Shown here: piece after piece, positions 29,080 to 45,674 of the stretch
Numbering within the stretch: the stretch's first letter is position 1
Layout: the number at the start of each line of letters is the position of its first letter
Source: the human T2T-CHM13v2.0 reference genome, Homo sapiens
Length of the DNA stretch: 64,000 nucleotides
NCBI RefSeq assembly: GCF_009914755.1
Contig: NC_060938.1
Strand: one strand, 5' to 3'
Notes under the pieces: model-generated
What the model was told of the DNA's origin: nothing
Database searches by the model: none
What the model saw: only the letters and a program-made list of their open reading frames with translations
Made by a program: the position numbers and the translations under genes

Positions 29080-30500
29080 GTTTACAAAGGCAAACTCTTT
29101 TCAGTTTTTATTTGTCTCAAAATGTACTGATTTCACCTTCAGTATTGAAGGGTTTTGTCACCGGTTATAAAATTTTAGACTGGCAGTCTCTTTGTTTTTG
29201 TTTTCTAGCACATGGAGCATATCTTGCTTCTAGCTTTCATTACTGTAAAACAGTCAAGATGATTGATCTTATCTCCTTGGCTGATTTTAAGGTTTCTTGA
29301 AATATGGTGTCCTGTCGTTTTCCAAAATGAATAATGTATCTAACTGTGGAGATTATGTCTGTATCTGTATTTTTTTCCTATATCATGCTTAATATTGTTG
29401 GGCTTCTGATAGTTGGAGACTTTCAAAAATTCTAGAATATTCTCAGATATCTGTTTCCATATTCTTCTAAATTTCCCCTATTATTTTATTTTATTTTTCT
29501 GGAACTTCCATTAGATTCATGCTAGATCCTCTCAATCTCTTTTCTATTTCCTTAATCTCTCTTTAAACAAATACTAATATGTTCATTTCTTTGTCTTTCC
29601 TGCTATGCTGTGAATAATATTTAGGCTTTATCTTTTAGTTAATAATTTTTTCTCTGTGTCTAGCATGCTGTTGAATGTATCCATTAAGTTTTACATTTTA
29701 ATTATATATTTTCATATTTAGGAATTCTATTATTTTCATATATATCTTACAATTCTTTAGAGTTTTCTTACTCATGTTTTCAATGATCCCTTTTATTTCT
29801 GTATACATATTTTAATAGTTCTTTAATATTCTGTGAGAAATATTAGTATTTTGATAATTTCAAAAATCTCAAATTCTTTGCATATCAGATCCTAACATTT
29901 ATTATTTTTGATTGCCCTCACCTATAGTGTTGTTTCTTTGTATGTTTTGTGACTTTGGACTTGACTTGCTGGTACTTCTTTGAATTTCACCTATGGGAAT
30001 ATTTTTGAGGTCTCCAGAGATAATTTGTGCTTGCTTCTGCCAGTTCCCTTAGGTCACTACCAATGCAGAAACACTTTGAATTCTCAATTAAAGTTGTATG
30101 GATTGCACAGACTGCATGGTTTGGCTTGCATACTAGTATGAGGTCTGGATTGTGGTTATGAGTTCTCAAGGGAACTCTTTTCTTTCCAGTTTCCAGTGCC
30201 AAGGTTGAGACTATTATATTTTTGTGCCTGAGTATGTATTTCTTTTTCAAATCCTTACACTGAGGGTGAAACCCAGTGAGATTTCAGTTTTATGAAGTAT
30301 AATTTCTTATAAGATTCCTTACTTAGCACTTGCTCTAGGTTTTGCCTCTGTCCCTGACTTATGCAGACTTCAGAGCAGAAGTTGAAGGGCTCCAAGTTCA
30401 GCAGAAACATTATTGCCAGCCAGCTTAGTATTCACTGACCTCTCTTCTTTCTTACTTTCACCTATTTTTGTGTTCTTCATGTTCCCTTTTTCTTGCTGTT
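29080..30500 (-). mobile_element. Ancient L1M/HAL1-like degenerate segment, continuing pieces at ~21220-21340 and ~27500-28490
   Basis: T-rich degenerate LINE-like text (TTTCACCTTCAGTATTGAAGG..GGTTATAAAATTTTAGACTGGCAG). Confidence 0.5.
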
Positions 30501-31859
30501 ATTTAGTTTTGAAAGAAAAATATGAAAGTATATGGCTTCTGTCTGAAAATTGGCCCCGTGTATTTTTTAGATGGTACTAAACCATAACCTGAAGATATTT
30601 TGGACTTAATTTTGAATTCCTAAATAATTTGGCATAATAGGATATTTTATTTTCATGAAACACTGAAATTTAAACGTTTGATTCTTATTTTCCATTCACT
30701 AAAGAGAAAATTACTCGAAAAAGCAATGGAATGTTTTTTTGTTTTTGTTTTTGTTTTTTTTTGTCTTCCTGATGCATGGTTTTGAAAACTCCTTTTAAGT
30801 AATCCCTGAAGATTGTCATTATCATTCATAAAATTATCTGAGAAAACTGTTAATAAGTATAGGAGGAATCAGGGATGATTTAAATATGCTATTAAAAATA
30901 CTTCAGTGGAATTAGACCTATTATGTCCTTCCAGTACCTAATTTTGGAAGGTAATTATAGATCAAATATTCAGTGAGGTTGGGGATTGATTTTCTTGCTC
31001 TGGGAGTACAGGATTTTTATCCAAGTGACATTTACATAAATATATTTTGGAAATACCACCTACACTAAATCTTATTATGCCTCCCATCCACACAGTTGAG
31101 AGAAGCAAAAAATTAATAGAAAATTTCAGATGTACTCTGAAAGAATCAAGTAATCTTGAAGAAAAGCTGAGTTATTTTGAAGCTAGTGTCTCTAACCATT
31201 GCTTAGTGTTATCCAACATTTTTGTTTGAGAAGCTGTTTTTAAACCCACTTCTACCTATTTAAGTCCCCTGTAAATTTTTTTCTTTGCCTTTGAGCAAGG
31301 GCAAACTTTCATTGTGATTTATGAATCATTCAAATGATATGTGCAAGATGGTATTTTCATTGACACTTGAAAAAAAGCAGTTCACTGTATGTTTCCATCA
31401 GAGCAGGCAGCAATTATGAAAATAATCTTCAACTTCCCACCTTCGCGTTAGCGACACCAGTAACTCAGGATTACACTGGTAGGAGGGCAACACTTTCTAT
31501 AGTAATGCCATTAATTTTTTAGAGATGAGTGACAGCAAGCTACAGCCGTGCTGGCAACAATGCCAAGCGAGCATAACATCATTGGCTTTAGGAGAAATGA
31601 GGCAAGATTCTGGTCTTGGTGCCGTCTCTGTACTTCCAGTACTGCAGGCTGTTTGGCATGCAGTTAGAAATGTGCACTGATTTAATAAATTTTAAGAACA
31701 GAGATGCTTTTGAATTTTAAAATAAAGCCATTGTTATAAAACCTGTTATATATTTAAACTATTCACCTCCCTAAATATGAATATTAAGAAGATACAGGAT
31801 TTGTTAACTATGTTTTACTTCAATATTATGGTTCCCTTCCATATTGCATGAAACAACCA

Positions 31860-32150
31860 TGACCTGTGTAGACCCCGGGTTATATTTTTAGACACCACCG
31901 AGACAGACTTAACATTTCCTTCGGCTTGAGTAGACTTTAGATGAGCCTTATTCCTCACTCTAAGCCTCTGGCCTCCTTTAATTGGACCTTTGGAAAACTT
32001 GTTATTGCAAATTCTTCCCTTGCCCCTTTAAGATGTGACTTTTTTTTAAAAAAAGCTTCTTGTCAGTTTTACAACTCAGGACAGGTGGACATATTTAATT
32101 CACCTAAGATACAGACTTTCCTGGTCCCATAACTTGGTCTCAACCCATGT
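31860..32150 (+). mobile_element. ERV1-class LTR fragment (MER34/39/93-group-like)
   Basis: AAAACTTGTTATTGCAAATTCTT..GCCCCTTTAAGATGT..GTCAGTTTTACAACTCAGGA resembles this group; the family is uncertain. Confidence 0.4.
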
Positions 32151-33029
32151 TGTTAACTTCATTTTTAAAGTACTTTCTAGATTTTATGAACATAGACTTC
32201 ACCCCCCCCTTTTTTTTTGCTAAGCTTACATGCTTATATTTTCTCTCATTTGAACTTCCTCTTCCCTATATTTACCTATCAAAATTTTACCCAGATAGAT
32301 GTCATAGTCATCTTTCTACACACCCACAAAATAATTTTTTTACACACATTATGCTTATCATAATCTAATTTGTATTGTGGATATTGTAATACATGTTATC
32401 TACCCTCTATTAATTTGTCAAATATTTGAAGATGGCTTTGTGTCTAATATATCTTCATGTCTTCCCAATTACCTAATATCAATCTTACACATAGCAGAAA
32501 CTATTTTAAAGATGTGTCTTAGGTAAGTGAACTAAAACCACATTATCGAATGCAAAATTGTGTTCTAAGCCTCTCCCCGATCCCGGGCAAAGTTGATAGT
32601 AAGCATTAACTGCATGTCCAGAGGCCTCTCCAATTACACGTGTGTCTGTTCTTGCCAACCACAGTTATACACACAGTCATTTGAATCACATTCCCAGGTC
32701 AGGAAACATGAATAAACTTAGAGTATGGCAGAAAGTGCCTCAGTTGAAAAGGCACCAAGCCTATGCTATAAAGGGACCCCACCCTATATTATTATATCTT
32801 GAGTCACACTCTTGTCTGACTCAAACAGGAAATTAGAGTTATACCTTGTGTGAGGAAGCAAATCTGAAATATTCAACTCCTTTGACTTATGGATATTAAA
32901 GAAAATGAAGATGTTTATTTTGATTGGTTGGGCTGCACAGTTAAATGTCTTAAAGGAGGCAGAGAAAAAAAATCAGTGCACTAGAGATCTCAACTAAAGC
33001 TCTGGAGGACTGGCACATCTACATGAAGC

Positions 33030-33870
33030 ACAAGCTCATAGTTGCTGCCCAACATCCTTCCTCCCTTTTGCCTTAGCTACAGGAGCCCATCTTTGTTCAC
33101 TATGGTAATGCAGCTAGTTAAATACTCATTGTATTAATTTCCCTGCACATGCAGTCTTGCCAATGAAAAATAAGAGAAAACATTCTAGGTATGGTTTCTG
33201 GGAAAGCTATTTTTTTTCTTGAATAAAAAGAGATGGACAGGTGGCACATGCTATTAACACTTTCTCCTCTCCCTTCCTTCCTGGAACTTGATCTAATATG
33301 CTAATCTTTAGTAGTATAGCACCATTTTGCAAGCATAAAGAAGAAAGATACATGGTAAGGATGGTAAAGTGAAAAGATATAGAATCCTGGGTTCCTGGTG
33401 GCAACTTGGTATAGTTGTGTTAGTGTAAGACTTCTCATTTTTGCTTATTTTTGTTGTTGTTTGTGGAAAAAATTAACCTCGATTTGTTAATGCTAGTGTA
33501 CTTGGATTTCTGTTATGTGTAGACAAAAGAAACCTGAAAAATATACTGGACATACTTAGAACACTTGTGGATGATTGAAGCACTTGGGAGAGACCGGGCC
33601 CCTAAGTATTTTATGCCATTGTTTATACCTTCCCAATTCACTTATTAGCTGGTTGAATGCAGAGTATCCAACAGATAACTCCAAAGGAATATCAAAGGAT
33701 AGATACTAGAACCACAGACAGAAGAAGCAAAAAGCCCTAAACCACTACTGATCTGCCAAACATCTGATTGGACTGTGAGGTAAGCCAGCAATGAAACTTC
33801 ATTTTGTTAAACCACTGAGATTTAGAGGTGTCAGAACAACTAGCGTTAGTAAGTCCAACTAAAACACCAC
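33030..33870 (+). mobile_element. Old MLT1-type MaLR LTR fragments
   Basis: AGCACCATTTTGCAAGCATAAAG..TCCTGGGTTCCTGGTG and TTGTTAAACCACTGAGATTT are MLT1-like motifs. Confidence 0.45.
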
Positions 33871-34090
33871 CCCTCAGTGTCCACAGATAGATGAGTTGAG
33901 AAAAAATTGCAGCATACTCATAAAATAGAATATTATTGCCCTTTTAAAAGAAGGAAATTCTGCCATTTGTGACAATATGGATGAATCAGGAGGATGTTTT
34001 GCTAAGTGAAGTAAGCCAGTTACAGGAGACAAATACTACATGATTCCACTTATATAAAGTATCTAAAATAGTCAAACTCGTAGAAGCAGA
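33870..34090 (+). mobile_element. L1MA/MB 3' fragment
   Basis: AAGAAGGAAATTCTGCCATTTGTGACAATATGGATGAA..GCTAAGTGAAGTAAGCCAGTTACAG. Confidence 0.75.
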
Positions 34091-34109
34091 GGTGAGAGTA
34101 TCACCTGAG

Positions 34110-34210
34110 GGATAGGTGAGTATCACCTGAGCAGGGAGGTTGACGCTGCTGTGAGCCATGGTCATGCCACTGAGTGCCAGCCTGGGCAACAGAGTGAGAC
34201 CCTGTCTCAA
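34110..34210 (+). mobile_element. AluJ/FRAM 3' fragment
   Basis: GGAGGTTGACGCTGCTGTGAGCCATGGTCATGCCACTG..CCAGCCTGGGCAACAGAGTGAGACCCTGTCTC. Confidence 0.8.
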
Positions 34211-34354
34211 ATATATAAATATATATATAAATGTATATATAAATATAAATATATATAAATATATATAAATATATAAATATAAATTATATAAATATATAAA
34301 TATATATATAAATATAAATATATATATAAATATATATATAAATATATATATATA
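34209..34354. repeat. AT-only array of ATATAA/ATATATAA units replacing the Alu tail
   Basis: ~146 bp containing a single G. Confidence 0.95.
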
Positions 34355-34530
34355 CACCTGACTTCCCTGACCACTGTTAGTAATATACAAGTATATCTTT
34401 CCAAAACATTTTTGTGTATGTATATGTATTTTCTTTATTAAAGTGAGATCATATTGTACATACTATGTGGTATTCTATATTGTACACTTAAGAATGGTAT
34501 TAGAAGCAAATAGAAACCACTGTACTTGTT

Positions 34531-34934
34531 TATCTTGGTCCATTTTCTGCTGCTATAGAAATTATCCAGAATACAACAGACTGGGTAATTTATAAAGAAC
34601 AGAAGTTTATTTGGCTCATGGTTCTGGAGGCTGGGAAGTCCAAGAACATAGAACTAGCATCTGGTGAGAGTTTTCTTGCGGCATCATTGGTGAAGGTATC
34701 ACATGGCAAGGAAATGTGTACACAAGGCACAGAGAGGGAAAAAAAATATACTGAGCACATTGTTTTATCAGGAGACTGCTCTCCTGATACTAACACACTC
34801 TCATGATAATGTCATTAATCCATTCATGAGTTCAGAGCTCTTGTGATCTCCTTTTAAAGGTTCCACCTCTCAACACAGTTACAATGACAATTAAATTTCA
34901 ACATGAGTTTTGGTGGGGACAATCAAGCCACAGA
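34531..34934 (-). mobile_element. MST(C)/MLT1A-like MaLR solo LTR
   Basis: CAGACTGGGTAATTTATAAAGAACAGAAGTTTATTTGGCTCATGGTTCTGGAGGCTGGGAAGTCCAAG..AATTAAATTTCAACATGAGTTTTGG. Confidence 0.8.
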
Positions 34935-35257
34935 AATATTTTAAATAGAAGTGTAAAATAAAGGAAACGTATTACACTGCTGATTCAAGAGTTGGGAAGA
35001 CAAACAGAATGATGAGGGAACCCAGAAATTATCAACAGTAGGAAAATGCTTCTTACTACTTTCATAGACCTTAAGGAATAAAGAGAAGAAGTGGAGTTAA
35101 CATAACACAGATGCCAGGGTCATCCAGTGAGAGTTAGATCTACAGAGGGGCTGCAAAGTAGAGCTGGGATAATGGTGATGTTAAGTGGAAGCTGGAGCCA
35201 CAGAGAAGATACATTTGCTGCTGGGGGTGCACCTGCAGCAGGAAAAGAAGAAAAACA

Positions 35258-35580
<323 letters not shown>

Positions 35581-35599
35581 TCACTTTTCCTATCCTTTG

Positions 35600-37520
35600 G
35601 CCTTCTGCTTGTTATATACTTTGGACCAGGGAAATGTAGTTGGCTGTGATACATAGGAGGGTGGAGAAGAGAAGAAATGGATTTAAAAGCAAACAGTAGA
35701 ATGGCTGTTTATAGTCTATCCTTTTATTACTTGGCCTCCATTTTCATCCTTCTACCCATGTTGAATGCCCACACAACAACTTAATATTTCCATCGAAGAG
35801 AAGACAGCAGTCATTTACATAGAAAAAAACCCATTTTCTTCCTTTCCCTCAAAGTGGAGGCAAAAAGTAACTGTATTATCCAAGGACAGTTTATCCAGGT
35901 GATATGTAGCCCCTTTCATTAATTCTGGATACTTATTTATGGTGGGGTCATCTCTGAAAACTAAGTTTATAAAATTAGAACTCACTAGTACTCCTCCAAC
36001 AAAATAGTAAAGAATAGATAAAAGGGGAAAATGGATATTTTGTTAAGAAATACAGGCACAGTAATAATAAAAACATGTATAGCTGATACAGTCTTCATTT
36101 ATGTAACTGGTCATGAGGCCATAGCTGATATTTTTCAATTTCTTCTTCCACCATCTGCTCCCTGTTCTCTTACACTCAGGTGCACCTTAACTGGGTTCTC
36201 TTTTGGTGGCGAGATCTAAGTCTTTCTTCCTGAAACATTTGGTCTTCAGTGGTCCTGCCTTGATTTGGTTGTTATAATCTCCCATTAACTTTTACTACTG
36301 GATATGGAAGTACTACGATGTTTCCTAGTGGATCCTGACATAGTCTTCCCAGTCCCTATTAACAATGCAATTTCCCTTTGATAAATTGGGTAAACCATCA
36401 AAACTGGTGCAGTAACTCCTCTTCTGCCAGTTGAATCATTGGCATGAGGAGCCCCAAATGACCAGATGGCATTTAGGAACTAAGATCTATAAAGCTTCAG
36501 AACACAGGGCTGCAAGATTCCAATCATGGAATATTTTGTGTAATAGTGAAAGAGCCACTTCTATTTCCATCTGTTGATTTCAGGTCTATGTGTACTGGCA
36601 ATGGGAGAAAATAACACCTTATATTTGCCTCTGTTTTAAAACATACTAGATCTTGGAAAATAGCACACCAACCCCAGTAAATCTTCTGTAGACCATCTCC
36701 TATTCTGTTAGGCTAGCTGCTTCTTGGGCTACATGATAAGATGAGGGAATAGTGCAGGTGCAAGTCTCCATTTTTGCCCTAAAATAACAAGAGGTTTTTG
36801 GTGGTTTAAGATTTTTCAGCTTTATCTGAGACACCCATCCCAAATCTTGCAGTCACATTCCTCCACATAATGTCTTAACTGTAATGTAAAAGACTTGAGT
36901 GTACTTGCATTGAATAACCCCAGTGAAGGCTACCTGATGGAAATTGGAGCCGAGGAGCAGATGCAGACTTTGCTGGGGACAGCACTGAGGCAGAGGGACA
37001 GGGAAAACATCCCTTAGTGTCTCCCTTTCTTCTACTGGTTTATAATGAGTTTTACTGGGACAAGAATTTGTATGGAAAGAACTATTACAGAAGTGTTTCT
37101 GGGGAAACCCCATAGGGGAGTGGAAGGAGTAGGGTAAGGGAGGGGCAAAAGCCAAAATCCAGGCAAAGTACCTTAGAGGACAGCTGTAGCTGAATCCTGC
37201 AGGGACCATCTGAAGTGTAAGCTATACCTCAATTATTTGACCCTGAAGCAAAAGAGCTATGTTTTCTTACTTCCAGTCATCTTAGTCATTGGTTAAGGGT
37301 GACTGCCCCACTCTTGGAATTAAACTCCTGGGCATTTCCAGTTCTTTGCTAGGAAAAGTGGGCTCTGGGAACCTGCAAACAGTTTTCAGGAAAATAAATG
37401 AAGGCATTTCTTTGAAATGAAATCACATGAAAGCAGCTAGGATGCACGCAAAATCCATAAAAAAGGGATCCCAGGACATCTGGGTGCAGTACTGACATTG
37501 TTGGCTGTACCTGTGCTCAG
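35600..37520 (-). mobile_element. Highly degenerate ERVL/MaLR-like internal and LTR sequence (probable)
   Basis: Overall resemblance to ancient ERVL-int and LTR16/33-type text; no intact ORF; low certainty. Confidence 0.3.
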
Positions 37521-37651
37521 CTTTCTGCTTGTGCCTGTCATTGCAACTATTGGAAGCCACAGGACAAGGAAATATGATTCCCTCTGAGATGGAACAGAGC
37601 AGAGAATGATGGGGAATGAACTGAGAACAATTTTTTGACCTCCATAGCATA

Positions 37652-38116
37652 TCATAAAAAATTTTCTCGGGAGCCAAGATGGCCGAATAGGAACAGCTCC
37701 AGTCTACAGCTCCCAGCATGAGCGATGCAGAAGACGGGTGATTTCTGCATTTCCAACTGAGGTACCAGGTTCATCTCACTGGGGAGTGCTGGACAGTGGG
37801 TGCAGGATAGTGGGTGCAGTGCACTGTGCATGAGCCAAAGCAGGGTGAGGCATTGCCTCACCTGGGAAGTGCAAGGGGTCAGGGAATTCCCTTTCCTAGT
37901 CAAAGAAAGGGGTGACAGATGGCACCTGGAAAATCGGGTCACTCCCACCCTAATACTGCACTTTTCCAATGGGCTTATCAAACGGCACACCAGGAGATTA
38001 TATCCCGCACATGGCTTGGAGGGTCCTATGCCCACAGAGCCTCGCTCATTGCTAGCACAGCAGTCTGAGATCAAGCTGCAAGGCAGCAGTGAGGCTGGGA
38101 GAGGGGCACCTGCCAT
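37652..38116 (-). CDS. L1 antisense ORF0, open for 154 aa; expression unknown
   Basis: MAGAPLPASLLPCSLISDCCASN..IRVGVTRFSRC matches the ORF0 N-terminus; ATG context GCAATGG. Confidence 0.55.
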   Translation of the reverse strand: MAGAPLPASLLPCSLISDCCASNERGSVGIGPSKPCAGYNLLVCRLISPLEKCSIRVGVTRFSRCHLSPLSLTRKGNSLTPCTSQVRQCLTLLWLMHSALHPLSCTHCPALPSEMNLVPQLEMQKSPVFCIAHAGSCRLELFLFGHLGSRENFL

Positions 38117-38691
38117 TGCTCAGGCTTGAGTAGGTAAACAAAGCAGCCAGGAAGCTCAAACTGGGTGGAGCCCACCACAGCTCAAGGAGGCCTGCCTGCC
38201 TCTGTAGGCTCCACCTCTGGGGGCAGGGCACAAACAAACAAAAGACAGCAATAACCTCTGCAGATTTAAATGTCCCTGTCTGACAGCTTTGAAGAGAGTA
38301 GTGGTTCTCCCAGCATGCAGCTTGAGATCTGAGAATGGGCAGACTGACTTCTCAAGTGGGTCCCTGACCCCTGAGTAGCCTAACTGGGAGGCACCCCCCA
38401 GTAGGGGAGGACTGACACCTCACACGGCCGGGTACTCCTGTGAGACAAAACTTCCAGAGGAACAATCAGGCAGCAGCAATTGCGGTTCACCAACATCCAC
38501 TGTTCTGCAGCCACCGCTGCTGATACCCAGGCAAACAGGGTCTGGAGTGGACCTCCAGTAAACTCCAACAGAACTGCAGCTGAGGGTCCTGACTGTTAGA
38601 AGGAAAACTAACAAAGAGAAATGACATCCACACCAAAAACCCATCTGTACATCACCATCATCAAAGACCAAAGGCAGATAAAACCACAAAG

Positions 38692-39701
38692 ATGGAGAAA
38701 AAACAGAGCAGAAAAACCGGAAACTCTAAAAAGCAGAGCACCTCTCCTCCTCCAAAGGAACGCAGCTCCTCACCAGCAACGGAACAAAGCTGGACAGAGA
38801 ATAACTTTGACGAGTTGAGAGAGGAAGGCTTCAGAAGATGAAACTACTCCGAGCTAAAAGGAAATTTGAACCAATTGCAAAGAAGTTAAAAACTTTGAAA
38901 AAAATTAGATGAATGGATAACTAGAATGACCAACGCAGAGAGGTCCTTAAAGGACCAGATGGAGCTGAAAACCACGGCACGAGAACTACGTGATGAATGC
39001 ATAAGCCTCAGTAACAGATGCGATCAACTGGAAGAAAGGGTATCAGCAATGGAAGATGAAATGAATGAAATGAAGTGGGAAGAGAATTTTGGAGAAAAAA
39101 GGATAAAAAGAAACAAAACCTCCAAGAAATATAGGACTATGTGAAAAGACCAAATATACGTCTAATTGGTGTACCTGAAAGTGAAGGGGAGAATGGAACC
39201 AAGTTGGAAAACACTCTGCAGGATATTATCCAGGAGAACTTCCCCAATCTAGCAAGGCAGGCCAACATTCAAATTCAGGAAATACAGAGAATGCCACAAA
39301 GACACTACTCGAGAAGAGCAACTCCAAGACACATAATTGTCAGATTCACCAAAGTTGAAATGAAGGAAAAAATGTTAAGGGCAGCCAGAGAGAAAGGTCG
39401 GGTTACCCACAAAGGGAAGCCCATCAGACTAACAGCTGATATCTCGGCAGAAACTCTATAAGCCAGAAGAGAGTGGGGGTGAATATTCAACATTCTTAAA
39501 GAAAATAATTTTCAACCCAGAATTTCATATCCAGCCAAACTAAGCTTCATATGTGAAGGAGAAATAAAATACTTTACAGACAAGCAAATGCTGAGAGATA
39601 TTGTCACCACCAGGCCTGCCCTAAAAGAGCTCCTGAAGGAAGCACTAAACATGGAAAGGAGCAACCGGTACCAGCCACTGCAAAAACATGCCAAATTGTA
39701 A
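38692..39701 (+). pseudogene. L1 ORF1p remnant
   Basis: ORFs 38926..39144 and 39141..39461 (RPNIRLIGVPES..); frameshifts and stops. Confidence 0.9.
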
Positions 39702-39764
39702 AGACCATTGAGGCTAGGAAAGAACTGCATCAACTAACGAGCAAAATAACCAGCTAACATCATA

Positions 39765-43582
<3,818 letters not shown>

Positions 43583-44133
43583 ACAATGAGAACACATGCA
43601 CACAGGAAGGGGAACATCACATATCAGGGATTGTTGTGGGGTGGGAGGAAGGGGGAGGGATAGCATTAGGAGATATACCTAATGCTAAATGACGAGTTAA
43701 TGGGTGCGGCACACCAACATGGCACATGTATACACATGTAACAAACCTTCACCTTGTGCACGTGTACCCTAAAACTTAAATAAAAAATTTATTGTATTTA
43801 ATGTATTGTGTATAATACAATAATTGTATTATAATAAATAATTGTATTATAAAAAATTTTCTCTGATATTGCACATTTTTCTATAGCCTTTCTAGTAACT
43901 GCATAACAGACCAATATATAGATGTACATATCCATTTCTGCAGTCTCCTTTTTGGCTGGAAATTAGCTCATCCCTAGTTTGAATACAGAACAACTCTGCA
44001 ACCAAAGTTTAGTTCATCTTCTCAACTTTTTCCATAGGACAAATAGCATCAGTACTTTAACAGGCCTTCTGTGGAGATGAGGATAGGCATAGTACTAGTC
44101 AAACACCACAGCAACATGTAAAATTCCTGGTAT

Positions 44134-44849
44134 TGTTATCAGGAAGTGTGAGCATCTTTGGTTCTTGTCTGACTTGGAAGAAAGAATTCAGTCAAGAGAC
44201 ACATTGTAGCAGAATTTACTGAGGGACTATAGGTACATTCCTGGAGAGGAGTAGAAAACAGCTCTGGGTTGGTCCAGCTGGAAAAATAGTAGCAGCAGCA
44301 GTATCACCATTATTTAAAAAGACAGTACACTCTCAAAGTCAAAACAGAGTGGAATGCACAAGAGAATGAACCCAGAGCTAATGCTGAGGGACACTCTTTA
44401 GGAGAATCTTACATGATTATTTATGAAGGGGCGTGAGTGGGTGCTAATTGCAAGCATGTTTTGGGAGGTCTTTTTGGGTACACTGGCTCTATGGTTGTAC
44501 ATGTTAGTACAAACATTGCATGTGTTATTAGCATTTAAAATCTCCCAGAGGTGTGTTTTTTACTATTATAATGAGCAGAAGGCTATTCTAGGGTGAGTTT
44601 TTAGAGGAGTGGGCATGTTCGTCAGTGGGGAAAATCCCTTGCATACCTGTCTCCAGCTAAGGCATCGTAAGTCCCCTTCAGGGCCAGAGGATCCCAACCA
44701 CGAGGCCAGATGTAGCCAACGTAGCCATCATCCTTGTTGCTGACTGTCAGTGGGCAGCCCTGACCATCAGTGGGCAGCATCTCCAGGACTTCTTTTCCTA
44801 GGAGGCTCCCTTGCCTACTCATTTTTGGCTATCTGCCTACTCTCTAACA
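44134..44849 (-). mobile_element. ERV1 solo LTR, MER50-like, 4-bp TSD
   Basis: TG...CA ends; TSD GTAT at 44130-44133 and 44850-44853; the minus strand starts TGTTAGAGAGTAGGCAGATAGCC. Confidence 0.75.
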
Positions 44850-45674
44850 GTATAAATATATATCAGCATACATTTTATACAAGGTCTGAGTTCCAAAGTC
44901 AGTTGTTTATAGTTTAGTGTTTGAAAATCAAAACATATTTTTATACTAAAATTATGTTATAATTGGTATTTTGGTTCCCAGTATATCTCTTGAGGCTATA
45001 TTTAGCTCAAATACAGCTGAGCTGCTGAATTATAGTATGAATATGACCATCTCCTCCTATGTCTCTCTCTCACTTTCTCATTTCAATCCATGTTTTCATG
45101 AAAGGTCATCGCCCAGCTGTGGAAGCAAAATACTCCTTACCAGTCATTTAGATTTGAGTTGAAATTTAATTTGTCCTTGGTCAGAAGAATTTACAATTAA
45201 GTCTCTGTAATAGTGAGATACTTTATACCCTGGAAAATAATTTTTAAGTACCATGTATAGAAAAAAGTTTTAAAAGAGAAGGTAACTTTTTATCCTGAAT
45301 TCATGGCTTATTATCTCTGCATACTTTATTCTTACTGCCCTTTAAGGTTAGTTTCCTGCTTATATTTCCCAGGAACAGTGAAATAGTGGTTTTCATTTTG
45401 AAAAAATGTCCTAGAAAAGTGGACATTTAGGAAAATGCTAGTCATTTAGGCATAGAAGATTTTCTAATCTTGGGTGTGCCGTTGTTCTCTGGTTGGTTTG
45501 TTATATATAACATTCTGTCTTGCTTTAGATTATGTTTAGTTCTGTTGAAATGTAGCTGTTTTATAATTAGCCTACATGGATATAATCAGATAATCACTTA
45601 CTGGCTTACCATCAAGTCTGCTTCAGATATTTGTAGCTTTAATTTGTTTCTCAGAAAATAGTTTATTGGCTCAT

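Noticed and set aside
31551-31566. CTGGC-AACAAT-GCCAA resembling an NFI site
   Set aside because: The spacer is 6 nt rather than the canonical 5
33986-34404. 134-aa and 65-aa I/Y/F-rich ORFs
   Set aside because: Artefacts of the AT array and Alu
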